Assembly (NCBI RefSeq): GCF_036971445.1 | Contig: NC_091476.1 | Location: 42,904,001 to 42,968,000, forward strand | DNA length: 64,000 nucleotides | Source: Narcine bancroftii | Taxonomy: Eukaryota | Direction of reading: 5' to 3' | Part shown: piece after piece, positions 11,501-24,630 of the stretch | Layout: every line of letters begins with the position of its first letter | How positions within the stretch are numbered: the first letter of the stretch is position 1 | Notes under the pieces: generated by a model | Database searches by the model: none | What the model saw: the letters and a program-made list of their open reading frames with translations, nothing else | Told to the model about the DNA's origin: nothing | Translations under genes and position numbers: made by a program

Positions 11501-12031
11501 AGGTGCTAGTCTCCAGAGGAAAAATTCTACGGCCACATTGGTCAGCGATCATCCCTCATATCAGCCTGCTCCCAAAACATTAACCATCCCATTATGTCTG
11601 TTTCTGTTTGGTGGGCCATGTTTTAGAGCAGTGAGGGTGCATCTTAGCTGAATTGCAACGCTTTGGGAGGTAAAGAAAAGAACATAAATGCAATTTAATT
11701 TGAGTGGTTGGCAAAGATTCTTCAATGGATTAAAATCCACAGCATTGTTTAAATTGGTAAAGCATGGATCACCCCGAGATAAAAGATTCACCTTATTTAT
11801 TCAAAGATGCTACAAACAGGGCAGGCACATGTAGCAAAGAGAGAATCTGCTGCCAACAAACTGAAAATAGTTAATGATTTATTTTCTACTATATGCATAA
11901 CCTGTTTGGTTTTGTGCTCTGGGGTTGTGTGGTCCAAGTTCCTACTCATACAGTGTTGTCCCTGCCTTGGGGGATGTACTTAGGTAGGTAGGTCAGTGCA
12001 GAGCCTTCTCAGCAAAATCCATTTTCCTATA

Positions 12032-12282
12032 NNNNNNNNNNNNNNNNNNNNNNNNNNNNNNNNNNNNNNNNNNNNNNNNNNNNNNNNNNNNNNNNNNNNN
12101 NNNNNNNNNNNNNNNNNNNNNNNNNNNNNNNNNNNNNNNNNNNNNNNNNNNNNNNNNNNNNNNNNNNNNNNNNNNNNNNNNNNNNNNNNNNNNNNNNNNN
12201 NNNNNNNNNNNNNNNNNNNNNNNNNNNNNNNNNNNNNNNNNNNNNNNNNNNNNNNNNNNNNNNNNNNNNNNNNNNNNNNNNN
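12032..12282. other. Assembly gap (251 N)
   Basis: Run of N. Confidence 1.
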
Positions 12283-14372
12283 AAATAATTTAAAACTGAT
12301 ACAAATCTTGAAGTACTCTTCCTAGATCCCAGAGACACTCTGTGATCCTGAGAGAGGGAGCACCACATGGGCAAGTACATTTCCTCGAAGGAGAAGCAGG
12401 TTGCGGGCTCAGCTGGATACCTGGAGTGATTCTTGCCTGTTCCTGTGTTCTGTCAATGGCCACCTTATGTGGGGGAAGCAACAAATTAACAAGGAGCACA
12501 GACTCAACTTCTCTTGTTCTTTTCTCTTCTCCATGCTGCACCACCCATTGTTTGCAATGGGTGTTCTATAATCAGAAATCTGGGACAAGGATGCCAATAC
12601 AACCCAAGGAATGTCCCTTTTCATGCTCCAAGGTGTTCAACTTTTTAACCTGTGGTGGAACACAGGTTCCATTACACCTCATTACACTGTATAGGCTGTG
12701 CTGGCATGCCTCTGACCCTGTAACTTTCTCCCTAATTCTGCCCCATAAGATTCACAATAAAAGCTGATAGTCCTAGTCTCCTCCATCCATACCACCCTTG
12801 GATCCGGGCCAGCAGCATTAAAGATGTGCCTGATATTTCAGGTTATTAAAGCCTTTAATCACGCTTTGAATCTGCTTTTGGTTATTGATCATGCTACATA
12901 ACCCTCATTAAGAGATTAGACAGAATTTTGTTGAAATCACATAAATGGCATGACCTGTTAATCAATGAGGTAACAAAAAAAGTGTGTGTGACTGTTCCGT
13001 TCAATCCACTCTGCTGCAAGGTAAAGGTGGAGGATTCCCACATAGACAGACCACTAATGGGGAAGCCCTTCACTACCTGACGGCAGGTTGGTTCATGACC
13101 AGCTGCCATTAGAAAGGAATCAGAAGAGTTTTGTCGAGTACCCTTGCCGAGTGATAACTTCCCTACCAACTCCTGCCATTTCCACCAATAGGGGATCTAC
13201 CTACCCATCACTGACAATCCGAGACCTGGGAACCTTTTCCCAGTTTATCTGGAGGGAAAATGCAAGGGTGAAGACATTCTGACATTATTATTCTGGAATA
13301 AAATGAGCATAAATGACTTTAAGTGTCAGCTTGTAATCAGCAATTGAGATCAAAGATATATAACTGATAGTATGTTACTGATGAAAATGGTTTATACCAT
13401 TTCTGGTTTTATACAGGCCAGAAATATAATTGTTTGCCTTTCTTCATCTGCCTTATAAATATTTCACATTGGAAAAGATTAATTTTTGTCTGCAAAGAGA
13501 CTGGGTACAATATTTCCTTTCAACAAATAATCTGAAATCCTGGTTGATTGAGTGGGAGATGAAGGTTTGAAAGTTCCCTGTCAGCTGGAGAATTTAAATG
13601 TAGTGAATAAATTAATTATGCAGCACAAAGTCTTTGCTGCCCCTCAAACTACAGGCTTATTGGAAAAATTCAATGTCCTTCATCAGAGGACATTTGCCCT
13701 CTTCTCTGACACTTGAGGGCGATCGGCTCAGTTGGATGATGTCGCATAGATAATATCTGCCTCGTGATTCAACTTCTGAGAGGAAGTGATCAGGAAGAAA
13801 GCTCAACTCTGCCATTCCCCTGCAGGTACTCTCTGCAATGGATGCACTGTGCTGTGCACAGAGGCCCTTTGACATGCTGCGCACATCTGGAGGCTATCTC
13901 CGTCATTTCTCCTTGCCCATTTGTCTGCTCTCGGTCATCCATGCAGAAGTTGGCCTTCAAGAGAGACAGGGGACCTGTTCTGTCACAATTTGCATTGAAG
14001 GATCGTTAACTGAACACAGAACAGAATTTGGAATGTTTATGGAGCTCTTTTTGTAGCAAATATTTTCATTCAAAAAAATAATCTTTATTCATTAAAGTGC
14101 ATGCAAGAAATACAAAAACAAGTGCATAGATTCCTGAATGTACATACACCATCAGTTTATCCAGTCATAGTTTTATAACTTTCATAAATTTGTTGAGTGT
14201 ACACATGAGGTTCACAGAGCACCATTGCCATCTATGTAGCCCCACCTTTGGCTTCAACACAGGACCTGGACCTAAGACTGCAGGCCTACCCCACAGAACC
14301 TCAGTGTTGGTTGCACCGAGCTTCAACATGCACTCCCGCAACCCAGAGTGCATCAGTCATTCCCTTGGGGAC

Positions 14373-14613
14373 TGTGGTGATATGACCACCAGCCTACTGC
14401 ACGGGGCGATCTCTGTACCTGCAAGAAGACCACCTAAGGGGCTGACTCCACCTGGGCAGCTGTCAATCAGTCAACCTGAATATAAACCTGAGCCGGCTCC
14501 TCCTGAGCCGGTCACACAGGGAGCCACCAAGGCTTGAACTGGTGTTCAGACATTTGCTGGGATAAAGCCCGTGTTGAGTTTGTGCTTGCTTGCTGCTACC
14601 TCTCCACACCACA
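14373..14613 (+). mobile_element. Solo LTR (241 bp), family B
   Basis: 7-bp terminal inverted repeat TGTGGTG/CACCACA, TATAAA at about 14481, GATAAA polyA-like signal, near-perfect TSD GGGAC/GGGAG. Confidence 0.85.
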
Positions 14614-14964
14614 GGGAGAGTGAGTAATCAGAAGCTGGAGGGACTCATCCTTGGGTTGAAATGTTTCAGGTCAGTGCCCATCAGCAAGACTGACCATTTC
14701 ACTCCACAGACACTGCCTGAACCATTGAGTTCCTCGTGTTTCTCTTTGTTCTCTCATTATTCCATTTGACGGCTCTTGATCTGTACTCGACTCCATCTGT
14801 AAAGGCAGAGAGCTCATCATTTTTTTCTGTATCCCAGGAATTAGCCCAGTGAATCTTCTGGACTGTTCTCAATCCCAATAAATCCTTCCTGAAATAAGAA
14901 ACTAGCACTGAGGACAGTAGCCCAGCTGCATCCTCACTGGCATCCTGTACAGATGTCAACTTCA

Positions 14965-15775
14965 AATCAAATCAGAATTTATTTGTCAAAAAACTTGTCA
15001 TGAAATTCATTGATTTGGACAGCATAACAAGAGAAAATATTTCTATATACAGGTGCCTAACCTTTTATCCAGAATCATCGGGACTGGACACCTTTTCGGA
15101 ATCTTCCGGATTTCAGAATCATTTTAAAATGGTGGTCAAATGCAATGTTTAGAAATCATGCAAAAACCGCCAAAATACAGGGGGTGCGGGATCTTAAATG
15201 AATTTAGATAAATAAAGACTATAATATCACTGTTTTTTTTAATTTTAAAGTAAAACTTCAAAATAAAACTGGCTGAGACCCCCCCGTCTCCGTCTGCATC
15301 CCGTCTGGAACCTTTTACACTGCCACCGTTGCGGGAATTTTCAGAGAAATTCCCATTACGTAGGGGCAGTACAAAAAGCATATTTGATGAGCAGTGGTCG
15401 TCTACCAAAAAAAATGCTGGTTTATGGAGGTTACTGGTGTTCGGAATCCCGGATAAAAGGTTAGACACCTGTATTACATTTAAAACATAAATAAATTAGT
15501 ACATTGGAAGAGAAAGTGAGGTCGTGTCTGTAGTTCATTGTCCATTGAGAAATCTGATGTCAGAGGGGAAGAAACTATGCTTGTGCCAGTGGATAGTTAT
15601 CTTTAGGCTCCTGTACCTCCTTCCTGATGGCTTTGGGTGGGGTGCTTTTTAAGAAGACCCTGCCTCTTGTGGATGTCCTCGATGGAGTGAAGATTGATGC
15701 TCATGATGGCGCTAGCCGAATTTACAACTCTCTAGTCTATTTCTGTCCTGTGGATTGGCACCTCCATGCCTGACA
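14965..15775 (-). mobile_element. Rex1/Babar-type LINE 3' fragment interrupted by a MITE
   Basis: AATCAGAATTTATT tail and antisense PSGRRYRSL motif (CTCCTGTACCTCCTTCCTGATGG). Confidence 0.75.
15050..15471. mobile_element. Tc1/mariner (Tigger/pogo-like) MITE
   Basis: TIRs CAGGTGCCTAACCTTTTATCC / GGATAAAAGGTTAGACACCTG (20/21), TA TSD on both sides. Confidence 0.9.
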
Positions 15776-15802
15776 ATTGTAATTTTTGAAAATATTTATG
15801 TG

Positions 15803-16025
15803 TAGACTTACACTACAGTAATAGGCCACTTCGGCCCACGAGCCCATGCAACAAATTTACACCCAATTTTTATCTACACCACTGTACATTTTTGAATGAT
15901 AGGAGGAATCCAGAGCCTGCGGGGAAAACCCACAGGCACAGGGAGAATGTACAAACTCCTTACGGACAGCGCAGGGTTCGAATCCCTGTTAGCTGGTGGT
16001 GTAAAGGTGTTGTGCTAACCACTAT
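15803..16025 (-). mobile_element. V-SINE (HE1-like)
   Basis: GGGAGAATGTACAAACTCCTTACGGACAGC...GGGTTCGAATCCC (B-box). Confidence 0.8.
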
Positions 16026-17217
16026 ATCAAATGATACTTCTATTTTCAAATGCAATAAAGGCCAATATGACATGTGCCTTTCCAACTTCTTGCTGTACTA
16101 CCATACTAATCTTTTGCATTCAGATACAAGAACAGTTGATTCCCTCTGTACTCCATTTAGATAACAGTCTGTCTTTTGTTCTCTTACGTTTCCCTGGTTC
16201 CCAATGATATTTCTGGGTGCTAATGGCTGGAGCCCAAACAATATGATGATATTTCACACTCCAGGTGAGCAACTCTTAATTATCATCTGATAGAACCCCC
16301 GAAAGTGAGATTAGAATATTATTTTCCAAAGGAAGTTCATCCAAGGACTGAGAACTCATCATCTGGCTAAAAAATGAAACTTTAACAATGAATACAGATG
16401 CCGTGATGGCTGTTATTACAATTGTGCTTGGGAGAACCATGGGTTCTCCATGATAATGGTAAGAAAAATAAGAATAGTTCTTGCCACCAAACTTGCCTTT
16501 TCTAAGTTTCTGCAGCACACAAAAGTTCTGAAGAAACACAGCAGATCATACCATACCTTGACAAAGTACTCAATGTTGGTTACCCTTTGGTTCCTAAAGA
16601 TGCTGAATGACTTGCTAGTTTCTCCAGCACATTTTTGTATTGCACAAAAATCACAGCATCTGCAGACTTTCCTGTTTCCTTTCTGCTATGTTTCCCGTGT
16701 CTATCAAAGGAGTGGTTGAAAAGCTTCGCATTGGAACCCCACAGCAGCTCAAGTCAGATCTGTGAAGAGAAAGGACAGGATAGCACCGCAGGTTCAAAAG
16801 AAGAAATTACACGCAACGCCTCTCCTTGTGTCAAGAAACACCAAGATGTTTTTTTCAGAAAACGAGATGCTATTAACATTGAAATGTGGGAAATTGAGTT
16901 GTCTGCTGAAAGTTGCCAAGAGCGTCAAAATGGTAGATCATCTGCCTTTGGTAACGTTGACTGCAGAATGATCCTTGGCCTGGACAGAAGGATGTGGATG
17001 GTGGTCGCTGAGACGCTGATATTTGTCTGGAAAGAATACTTCAGCCACAAGCTCAAGTCCCAAAGAAACACAACAGCTCAGCTTATTGATCTACTGCGTC
17101 ACAATGTCCACAGGTGTTGTCTGTGGTGAAGTTTGCATGTTCTCCTTGTGAACTGTGTGGGTTCCCTCCTGGCACTCTGGATTTCTTTGAAAAATTAATT
17201 GACGACACCGCAGTCAT

Positions 17218-17470
17218 GGGGCACGCTGGTGTGATAGAGTTAGAGCAACACTCTTACAGTGCCAGTGATCCAGATTCGAATCCACTGCTGTCTGTAAGGA
17301 GTTTGTATGTACTTCCCGCAAATGCGTGGGTTGCCTCTGGGTGCTCTGGTTTCCTCCCACGTTCCAAAAATGTGCAGGGTTAATAAGTTAATTGGTCAAC
17401 CTGGTGCACTTGGGTAGCATGGGCTCATTGGAAGTAAGGGCCTGTTACTGTGCTGTCCGTCGAAATTTAA
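17218..17470 (+). mobile_element. V-SINE (HE1-like), near full length
   Basis: tRNA-like head with GATTCGAATCC, V-domain GGAGTTTGTATG...GGGTGCTCTGGTTTCCTCCCAC, CR1-like tail GGGCCTGTTACTGTGCTGT. Confidence 0.85.
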
Positions 17471-17479
17471 ACCTGACTC

Positions 17480-18050
17480 AAATAACGATGAGAGAGAATA
17501 TGGAAAAGAAAATTAAAGTCTAGAGGCATGGTGCCCAGATTGGATGAAGATGATCACTGACATAAGGAGAGGGAGCAAAGATCAAACCCCTGACCATATC
17601 AAAGAGGAAAGAGTAGAGAGCTTCAAGTTCTTCAAAATAAACATCTCCAATGACCTGACCTGGGTCAAGCATGTTAACGCAATGATCATGAAGGCACCAA
17701 TGCTTTTAGTTTCTCAGAAAACTAAAGAAGTTCAGCATGTTTCCCCCCCCCCCCCCCCAACCCCGTCACTCAACAACTTCTATAGGTGCACTATCCAGAA
17801 CAGACTTGCTGGATCCATAACAGTGTGGGACGGGAGCTGCTCTGCTCAAGATCAGAACAGGCTGCAGATGATGGTGAACACAGCTTAGACCATCATCCAA
17901 ACTTCCCTCCCCTCTATGGACTCCATCAACAGCCCCCGCTGCTCAGGAAAGGTAGCCAACACACTGAAGGACATCCTCTCTCCTCCCATCAGGGAGAAAG
18001 TTCGAGGGTGTTAAAGCACACACCAACATGCTTAAACACAGTTTCTCCAC
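17480..18050 (+). mobile_element. Rex1/Babar-type LINE RT fragment
   Basis: ORF 17544-17888 ERVESFKFFKINISNDLTW...NFYRCTIQNRLAGSITVWDGSCSAQD. Confidence 0.8.
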
Positions 18051-19084
18051 ACAGGCATTATCCACTGTACTGTTCCTGCATGGTCATGTTTTTTTAAAAG
18101 GATCATGGTAGATCATGCTTCATGAGAGGATCGGGCCATGATTTATGATCTCCTATGAAGAAAAGAGAATTTATTGAGAAATGCATAAGTGCAATGTATA
18201 ATTGTATTCAAATCTTTACTTGCTGCAGGTACAGATACAGATAACAAAAATAGGATAAATTGATTTCCAGGATATGCAAGGATACAGAAAAAGGGATAAT
18301 AAATATAAAATGATAGAGAAATAAATAAATATTCAGAATTTGCAATCAGTACAAAAAAGCGACAATTTTGTAGTGCAGACAAATGGTTCTGGATCAGTTT
18401 ATGGTCAGGGTTAGGCTAGAACTTCAAGATTCAAGAGTCTGATAGCTCTTTGTGAACCTGGAGGTTCTGGTCTTCAGGTGTCCGAAGGTAGCAGTGAGAG
18501 GAGGTTACGACCAGGGTGAAGGGGGTCCTTTATGATGTTGGCTGCCTTCTTGAGGCAGCATCTCACATTGATGTCTTCAGTAGACATATTTCAATACATT
18601 GCCAACATACTTGTTCATTGCATCTGGTTCATTCATTTGGACTACCTTTGGCTTCCATGATTTCTAAAGTTGAAGAACCTTTGGTTGCTCACCATGTGTT
18701 CCAGTGAATTGGCAGCAGGGACAGAAGGAAGGTTTTGGGCAGTTGGTTACAATGTTTAAAATTCAGATTCAACCCTGAGATTCAATGCCAGATGGTGCGG
18801 GCTCTGATACTCATGTAGCTCTTTTCTGCTGGGAGCAGCTGAAAAATTCTGTGTGAGGGGTAGAAGGGGTCCTAAATTATTTTGCATGGATATAAGCGGT
18901 CAGTCAACATTTTAAGGTGGGATCCTATATCAAGACTCATTCATTCAGGGGGCGTGGCAAGATGGCATAGAAGAAAGACGTGCAGTTCCACCTTCCCCAG
19001 CTAGATTTTTATATACCTGATTTTAAAAATTACAAAAGTGGTTAAAAATAGTATTTATAGCCCTTTGAATAAAGGTGACTTAAT

Positions 19085-20657
19085 ATGGCTACTAATGCGA
19101 AGAAATCAACTTTATAAAAAACTACCTTATAAAAGTGTAGAAGAATTGAGGCCTACCTGCACAGTTGAATCCACGGAGTTGTCGTTGGGAGCCTCCAAAC
19201 CTCAGAGAACACCTGCCCGGTTGAGTATGACGTCAGCGCCGACCCTGCATCCACAAGATGGCGCCGGCCTATTGGTGAGTTCGGCTGTTGCCGATTTGCT
19301 TGCCTGTGAAGTCGGGCAAGTGGGCAGCCCAACTGATAGAGGATCCTGTGAGCCCACAACGCTGTCTGGTGGCCCGGGTACGCACAGTGTAATGTCGGGG
19401 AATGCACCTGCACGTTTAGCGGTCTTACCAGGCATGAGCGGTGCCTCGTGGGTGTGTGAACTTCTGGAGAAGGTGTGGGCTGTGGGGGAACCCAAACGGC
19501 GGCAGTCCGACGATGTCGATGTGTGTCCAGACCCGCAGCCGCACAGGAAAAGGACTCATTGTATCTGAGGAAGAAAAGGAACTGCTTTGTTGGAATTTAC
19601 CCAGGAGGAGGAAACTGAAATGAGAGAAGGTAAGCCTCAAAAGATGGTTATGGAACCTGGACTGGATTCTGTGTTCACTGTTTTGGAAGGGATTGCTTAT
19701 CAAATGGAGAATATGTAAAAAAAAAAGTAAATTCAAATGACCCAAAGATTTATGGAGGTGAAAACTAAAATGAGTACTTTGTGTGAAGAAATGACAACTA
19801 TGAAGCAACAGATGACTGTAGTTAAAAGTGATGTTAACAGATGTATAAAATCTGTTGATATTGTACAAGATTATTTTTTAAATTGAAACAGCTTTTCCTG
19901 AGTGTCGAAATCAAGTGGAATGTAATAGGAAAAATATGGAAAATGTGGAGGACTCTTTTGTAGATTGGGGGTTTCAAAAAATGGATTTACTGAAGAAGAT
20001 TAATTAATTGGAAAATCAAAGTCGGAGGAATAATGTGAAAATAGTTGGTCTTCCAAAGGATATCGAAGGCTCTGATCTGATAAAATTCTTTAGGAACTAG
20101 ATTCCTGAAGTATTGGGCAAGGAGTTTTTTTCCAGAAGGTTTGGAATTGGGTCGAGCTCACAGGGCATTGAGGAAGAAGTCACTTCCAAGACAAACACCA
20201 AGAGCAGTTTTGATTCATTGTTTGAAATATCAAGATAGAGAAAAGATTTTACGAATGGCGGTGCAGAAGGCACGGCAAAGTCAATCTTCATTGATGGTTC
20301 AAAATAATAGTATTTTTATGCTAATCTGAGTCAAGAGGATATTAGGAGACTTCGGGAATTTAATTCGGCTAAAGAAGTATTATGGCAGAAGGGTTATAAG
20401 TTTGCCTTTCATTATCCTGAAGTGTTGAAAGTTTTTTATGGAAATTTTCAATCCCAATTTGTTTGATTTTTGCTAATTCATTGCCAGAATTGCAAAGAAA
20501 TGGTCGGTGTTCTCCGTTGTATCCTAAGAGGAGGGTAAATGGAAATGGGAATGGGAATGGGAAGAACGGTAAGAATGGAAAGAAAGAAGAGCTGACACAA
20601 AGTCTTCTTGACATTGAAGACCCGAACAATCATTGGGTCTGGTGTTTATTTCAATAA
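19085..20657 (+). pseudogene. ORF1: L1 ORF1p (coiled-coil plus RRM/CTD), disrupted
   Basis: LENQSRRNNVKIVGLP, ELGRAHRAL...PRAVLIHCLKYQDREKIL; several stops and frameshifts. Confidence 0.85.
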
Positions 20658-20905
20658 TGTATATAGGTCCAGCTGGGGGGATGGATGACACTGAAAGCTT
20701 TGATAGTCATCTGCCACTAGTGGGTTTACCACACCCAGATTTTTAGGGTGTTACTACCTTTGGGTGTTTTGTTTTTGGGTGATTTTTTGCGGGGGGGGGA
20801 ATTTCTCTCTTTTTTTTTTCTTTTGTGTTTATTAGGGGTGTTTGTTTGAAGATTTATAAGAGGACATTATTTTATAGTGTGTAAATATACTAACAGATAG
20901 TAAGA

Positions 20906-23900
20906 ATGTCTACTTTGAACTTTTAATGTTCAGGGATTAAATAATCCAATTAAGTGAAAGTGGGTATTGGCTTATATATAAAAAAATGAAAGTTGATATT
21001 GTCTTTTTGCAAGAATCACATTTGGCTAAAAAAGAACACTTGAAATTAGAGAGATTGGGTTGTTCATGTGTTTTCTTCCTCTTTTAATTCTGAGGTGAGG
21101 GGGGTAGCAATTCTGATTCATAAGAATTTGCCATTTGAATTGGAATTGTTAGAGGGGAATGCTGGAAGAGTTTTAAGGGTGAACTGTAAATTTTTTGCTG
21201 AATCTTGGACCTTACTTAATCTTTATGTGCCTAATATAGATGATGAATGATTTATTTCAGAAGCATTTTTTATTGTTAATTCAAGCTTATGAAAATATTT
21301 TAGTTGGGGGAGATTTTAATTGTGATTTGGACCCTTTATTGGATAGAAATCCAAAAAGTATAAGGAAATCAAAGATGGTGACACCAATTGGTGCGTTGAA
21401 GAAAGATTTAAATTTGGTGGACATTTGGAGAAGGGTCAAATCTTCGGAGAAAGATTTTTCTTTTTATTCTTCATGACATGATTCATTTTCTAGAATAGAT
21501 TATTTCTTGGTATCAGCACATTTACAGGGTAGAGTATTGCAGGTTGAATATAAAAGTAGGGTTATATCAGACCATTTGTTATTATTTTTTTCTTGTGAAA
21601 GTTCAGAAGTAGTGTGTTCGTCTTATAGATAATGCGATGTTATTGAAAAACTAGAGTTTGTTACCTTTGTTAAAGAACAGATTTCTTTATTTTTGACTGA
21701 GAATGTTAATTTCATGGATAATCATTTTGTATTATGGGATGCCTTGAAAGCTTATTTGAGAGGGCAAATTATTAGTTATTCTACGAAATTTAAGAAACAA
21801 TATATGGCAGAAAGTTTAATGTTGGAGAAACAGATTGCTGAGTTAGAGACGACTTTCAGATGGATGTAACAGAAGACAAGAAGGCTGCGTTACCGAAGTT
21901 GAAATTACGTTACAATACATTACAAACTTATCAATTTGAACGTTTAATGAATCGATCTAAACAACATTATTATGAACTGGGAGAGAGAGCTCATAAGGTA
22001 CTTGCATGGCAATTGAAAACTGAACAGGTATCACAGACTATTAATGCTGTCAAAAAGAATTCAATAATTACCTATAAACCTCAGGAAATTAATGATCAGT
22101 TTTATTAATTTTATCAAAAATTATATACTTCTGAGGGGAAGCAGGATAATGGTTCTATTGAATCTTACTTATCCAAATTTAAGTTACCGGTATTAGGAGA
22201 GGAAGATGTTCAGGAACTGGAATCTCCTTTTACAGGTTTTGATATTAAGGAAGCCAAATGGAAAGTCCCCAGGGGATGATGGATTTTCTGTGGAAATTTA
22301 TAAAAATTTTATGATGATTTATCTACTGCATTTGGAGATGTATTACAACAAGTTACTGAAGATCATGTGTTGCCAGAATCCTGTTTGAGTGCTTTAATTA
22401 CTTTTATTCTGAAAAAAAGATAGAGTTCCATTAAAAGTATCTTCATATAGGCCTATTTCTCTATTATAAAATTATAGCAAAAGTGTTAGCTAATAGACTA
22501 GCTAAGTAGCTATCTAAGTTGATACATGTTGACCAAACAGGTTTTATTAGAATAGGAGTGCCTCAGATAATATTCTTCGATTGATTACATTGATCAATGT
22601 ATATTTACAGCAGCCCAACCATCTTATGCTGGTTGCATTAGATGCAGAAAAGGCCTTTGATAGAGTTGAATGGGATTTTTTTATTTAAGGTGTTAGAAAA
22701 GTTTTAATTTGGCCATTTTTTTTAATTGGTTGGGTTAAAACTTTATATACAAACCCGATTGCTAGGGTGGTGACAAATTGTCAGATTTCTTTACCATTTA
22801 AGTTGACTCATTCAACTCAGCAGGCTGCCCATTATCACCAGCTTTGTTTGCATTGGCTATTGAAACATTGACTCAGACTATTAGGCAGAATGATGAGATT
22901 AGAGGGATGAAGGTTATGAATGAAGAATATAAGATTAATTTATTTGCAGATGATGTTTTGATATATCTGACAGAACCACAACAGTCGTTCAAGCAGTTGC
23001 AAGAGTGTTTGTTAAAATTTGGAGAATTATCCGGATACAGAGTTAATTGGGATAAGACTGAAATTTTACCAGTTGGAGTAGGTGATTATTCTGAATTTAA
23101 AAATATTATAAAATTAAAGTAGAAAGATAAATTTAAATATTTGGGTGTGATTGTAGATGCTAATTATCAGTCATTATATCAGTTAAATTATGTTCCTATA
23201 TTAAAAAGGATTAAAGCAGATTTGATTGAATGGAAAGATCTTTCATTAACTTTGATTGGTTGGGTCAATTGTATTAAAATGAATATTTTCCCCAAAATTC
23301 AACATTTATTTCTGTCAATACCATGTTCACTTTCAAAGGGTTTTTTTCAGGATTTGAATAGAGCAGTACGGGAGTTTTTATGGAAAGGTAAATTAGCTCA
23401 AATGGCAATGCATAAACTTACATGGAAATATGCATTAGGTGGACTTCAGTTACCACATTTTCAAAATTATTACGAAGCAGCTCAGTTGAAATTTATTAGT
23501 AGATTGATGGAATTGGATCAACCCCCTAGCTGGGCTAGAGTGGAAATGACTTGCATTACTGAAGTTGAGGTACATCAATTTATATTTCATTGGAATTTGA
23601 ATATGTTCCAGGAATGTAATATGCCGGTATTGAAACATTTGTTAAAGATCTGGACTAAAAGAAATATGGTCTTAGGATCAAAAGGTAAATTAACAAATTT
23701 TAACTCCATTATATAATAATCAGCTTATTCATTTTTAAATGTTTAATAATCATTTAAAGGGTTGGGATTCTAAGGGTATAAAGACAATACAGGACTGTTT
23801 TGAAGAAGGCCAGTTTCTTTCTTTTAATCAAATGAGGGAACGATTTGATATATCTGTAAATTCTTTGTTTTGTGTATTATCAACTCAGAGCCTTGGTAAA

Positions 23901-24630
23901 AGATAATTATGGTAGAGAGATGATTTTACCTATATTGACGAGATTTGAATCTTTGATTTCTTCTATACCAAAGAAGGGTTATGTTTCGGCTATGTATCAG
24001 TTGTTACAGGATAATATGGATAAACCAGAATGGGAAAAATCTAAACTTAAATGGGAAAGCAATTTAGCGCTTATTTTCCCTGAAGATGATTGGACAGATA
24101 TGTGTCATGATAGTGTAATTAAATTGACTAATGTAAGATATGGAATGGTTAATTATAATTTTTTTGCATCAATTATATCTGACTCCGGAGAAATTAAAAA
24201 TATATGGGTTTAGTAATTCGGATTCTTGTTTTAGATATGGCTTATGTACTGGAACTTTTTTACATGCTGTTTAGTCTTGAATTAAAGTACAACCATTTTG
24301 GGAAAGAATTAAGGTCATTTTGAAAAAAATATATAAAATTAAATTACCATTAGATCCATCGATTTTTTGGTTGGGTGATATGGTTTCTTTGAGGGGACTG
24401 GGGTTGGATAAATTTCAAATTGCTTTTGTACATTTAGTGTTATCAGTAGCACATAAATGTGTAGCTAGTACTTGGAAGGATAATATAGAGATGAATATAG
24501 AATGTTGGCATAATGAATTGAAAGCTTGTATTGTTATGGAAAAAATTACTTATAATTTACATGATAATTATTCTTTTTTTATTGATAAATGGTCTTATTC
24601 AGAGTACATGCATTTAGATATATATTTAAT
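20906..24630 (+). pseudogene. ORF2: L1 ORF2p (APE endonuclease plus RT), disrupted
   Basis: RGVAILIHKN, GGDFN, KSPGDDGF, LDAEKAFDRVEW, LFADDV, GGLQLP motifs across fragmented ORFs. Confidence 0.92.

Noticed and set aside
11996-12380. ORFs spanning N-runs (also 28997-29396)
   Set aside because: Open only because of the assembly gaps.
12342-14056. Several 60-140-aa ORFs in non-repeat sequence as possible host exons
   Set aside because: No recognisable domain, no consistent splice-site pairs or shared strand; lengths are compatible with chance.
17218-17290. tRNA-like sequences with B-box (also near 30780, 41500 and 44110)
   Set aside because: They are SINE heads fused to V-domains; no complete cloverleaf.
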